A stretch of 64,000 bases of DNA from Podarcis melisellensis (taxonomy: Eukaryota). The DNA lies in the NCBI GenBank assembly GCA_964234715.1, contig OZ174276.1; one strand, given 5' to 3'. Below the pieces are notes generated by a model. The model searched no databases. It saw nothing but the letters and a program-made list of their open reading frames with translations, and was not told the DNA's origin. The position numbers were made by a program, and so were the translations under genes. Shown piece by piece: positions 63,716 through 64,000 of the stretch (positions are counted from its first letter, which is position 1; every line of letters starts with the position of its first letter).

Positions 63716-64000
63716 TTCCCGGGTCACCAGCTCCTTTTAGACAAGTGTATGATACTAGAATCCTAAATCTTGATTTAAGATATTCACACTGACTCCTGAT
63801 TGCAAGGTATGAAGCTCTCAAGAACCAATTCTGACTGAACCCTGTTATGTGAAGTGTGGGGTTGTCATGAAGAGGTTTGTGAACCTAAAACCATTAGGTA
63901 GTGTCAAGGCTACTAAATGGTGTTGATAACGCACATCTTGTTTACCTGCCAATTTTTGAGCACTTGCCAGCATTAGGTTTTAATGATACTCTCTGCATCA

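Overview
Vertebrate genomic DNA, very probably a lacertid lizard (two Sauria/POM-type SINEs with (ACCTTT)n tails, plus squamate-type L2, CR1, hAT and pogo repeats). The window lies inside a Plexin-A1 gene on the + strand. Four coding exons (16780-16894, 37436-37636, 59925-60021, 61045-61235) join in frame and are separated by introns of 20.5, 22.3 and 1.0 kb. The main accessory feature is an apparently intact, very young Ty3/Gypsy chromovirus of the Tf1/sushi type (17198-22695, - strand). It has identical 408-bp LTRs, a 5-bp TSD, no tRNA-type PBS but an 11-nt self-priming duplex, a gag-pol -1 frameshift pseudoknot, and a degenerate chromodomain. Its Pol tail carries two acidic FxGF-like (TND/LEDGF-interacting-type) motifs and reads on through most of the 3' LTR. 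The window also holds an ATP23 processed pseudogene inserted in an L2 fragment, a Penelope-like inverted element with a minimal hammerhead ribozyme, three pogo-type MITEs with different hairpin cargo (one with an 8 x 102-bp array), two overlapping alternative hairpins just after an exon, other MITEs, microsatellites and a 189-N assembly gap. Family assignments come from recalled sequence knowledge; no database search was run.
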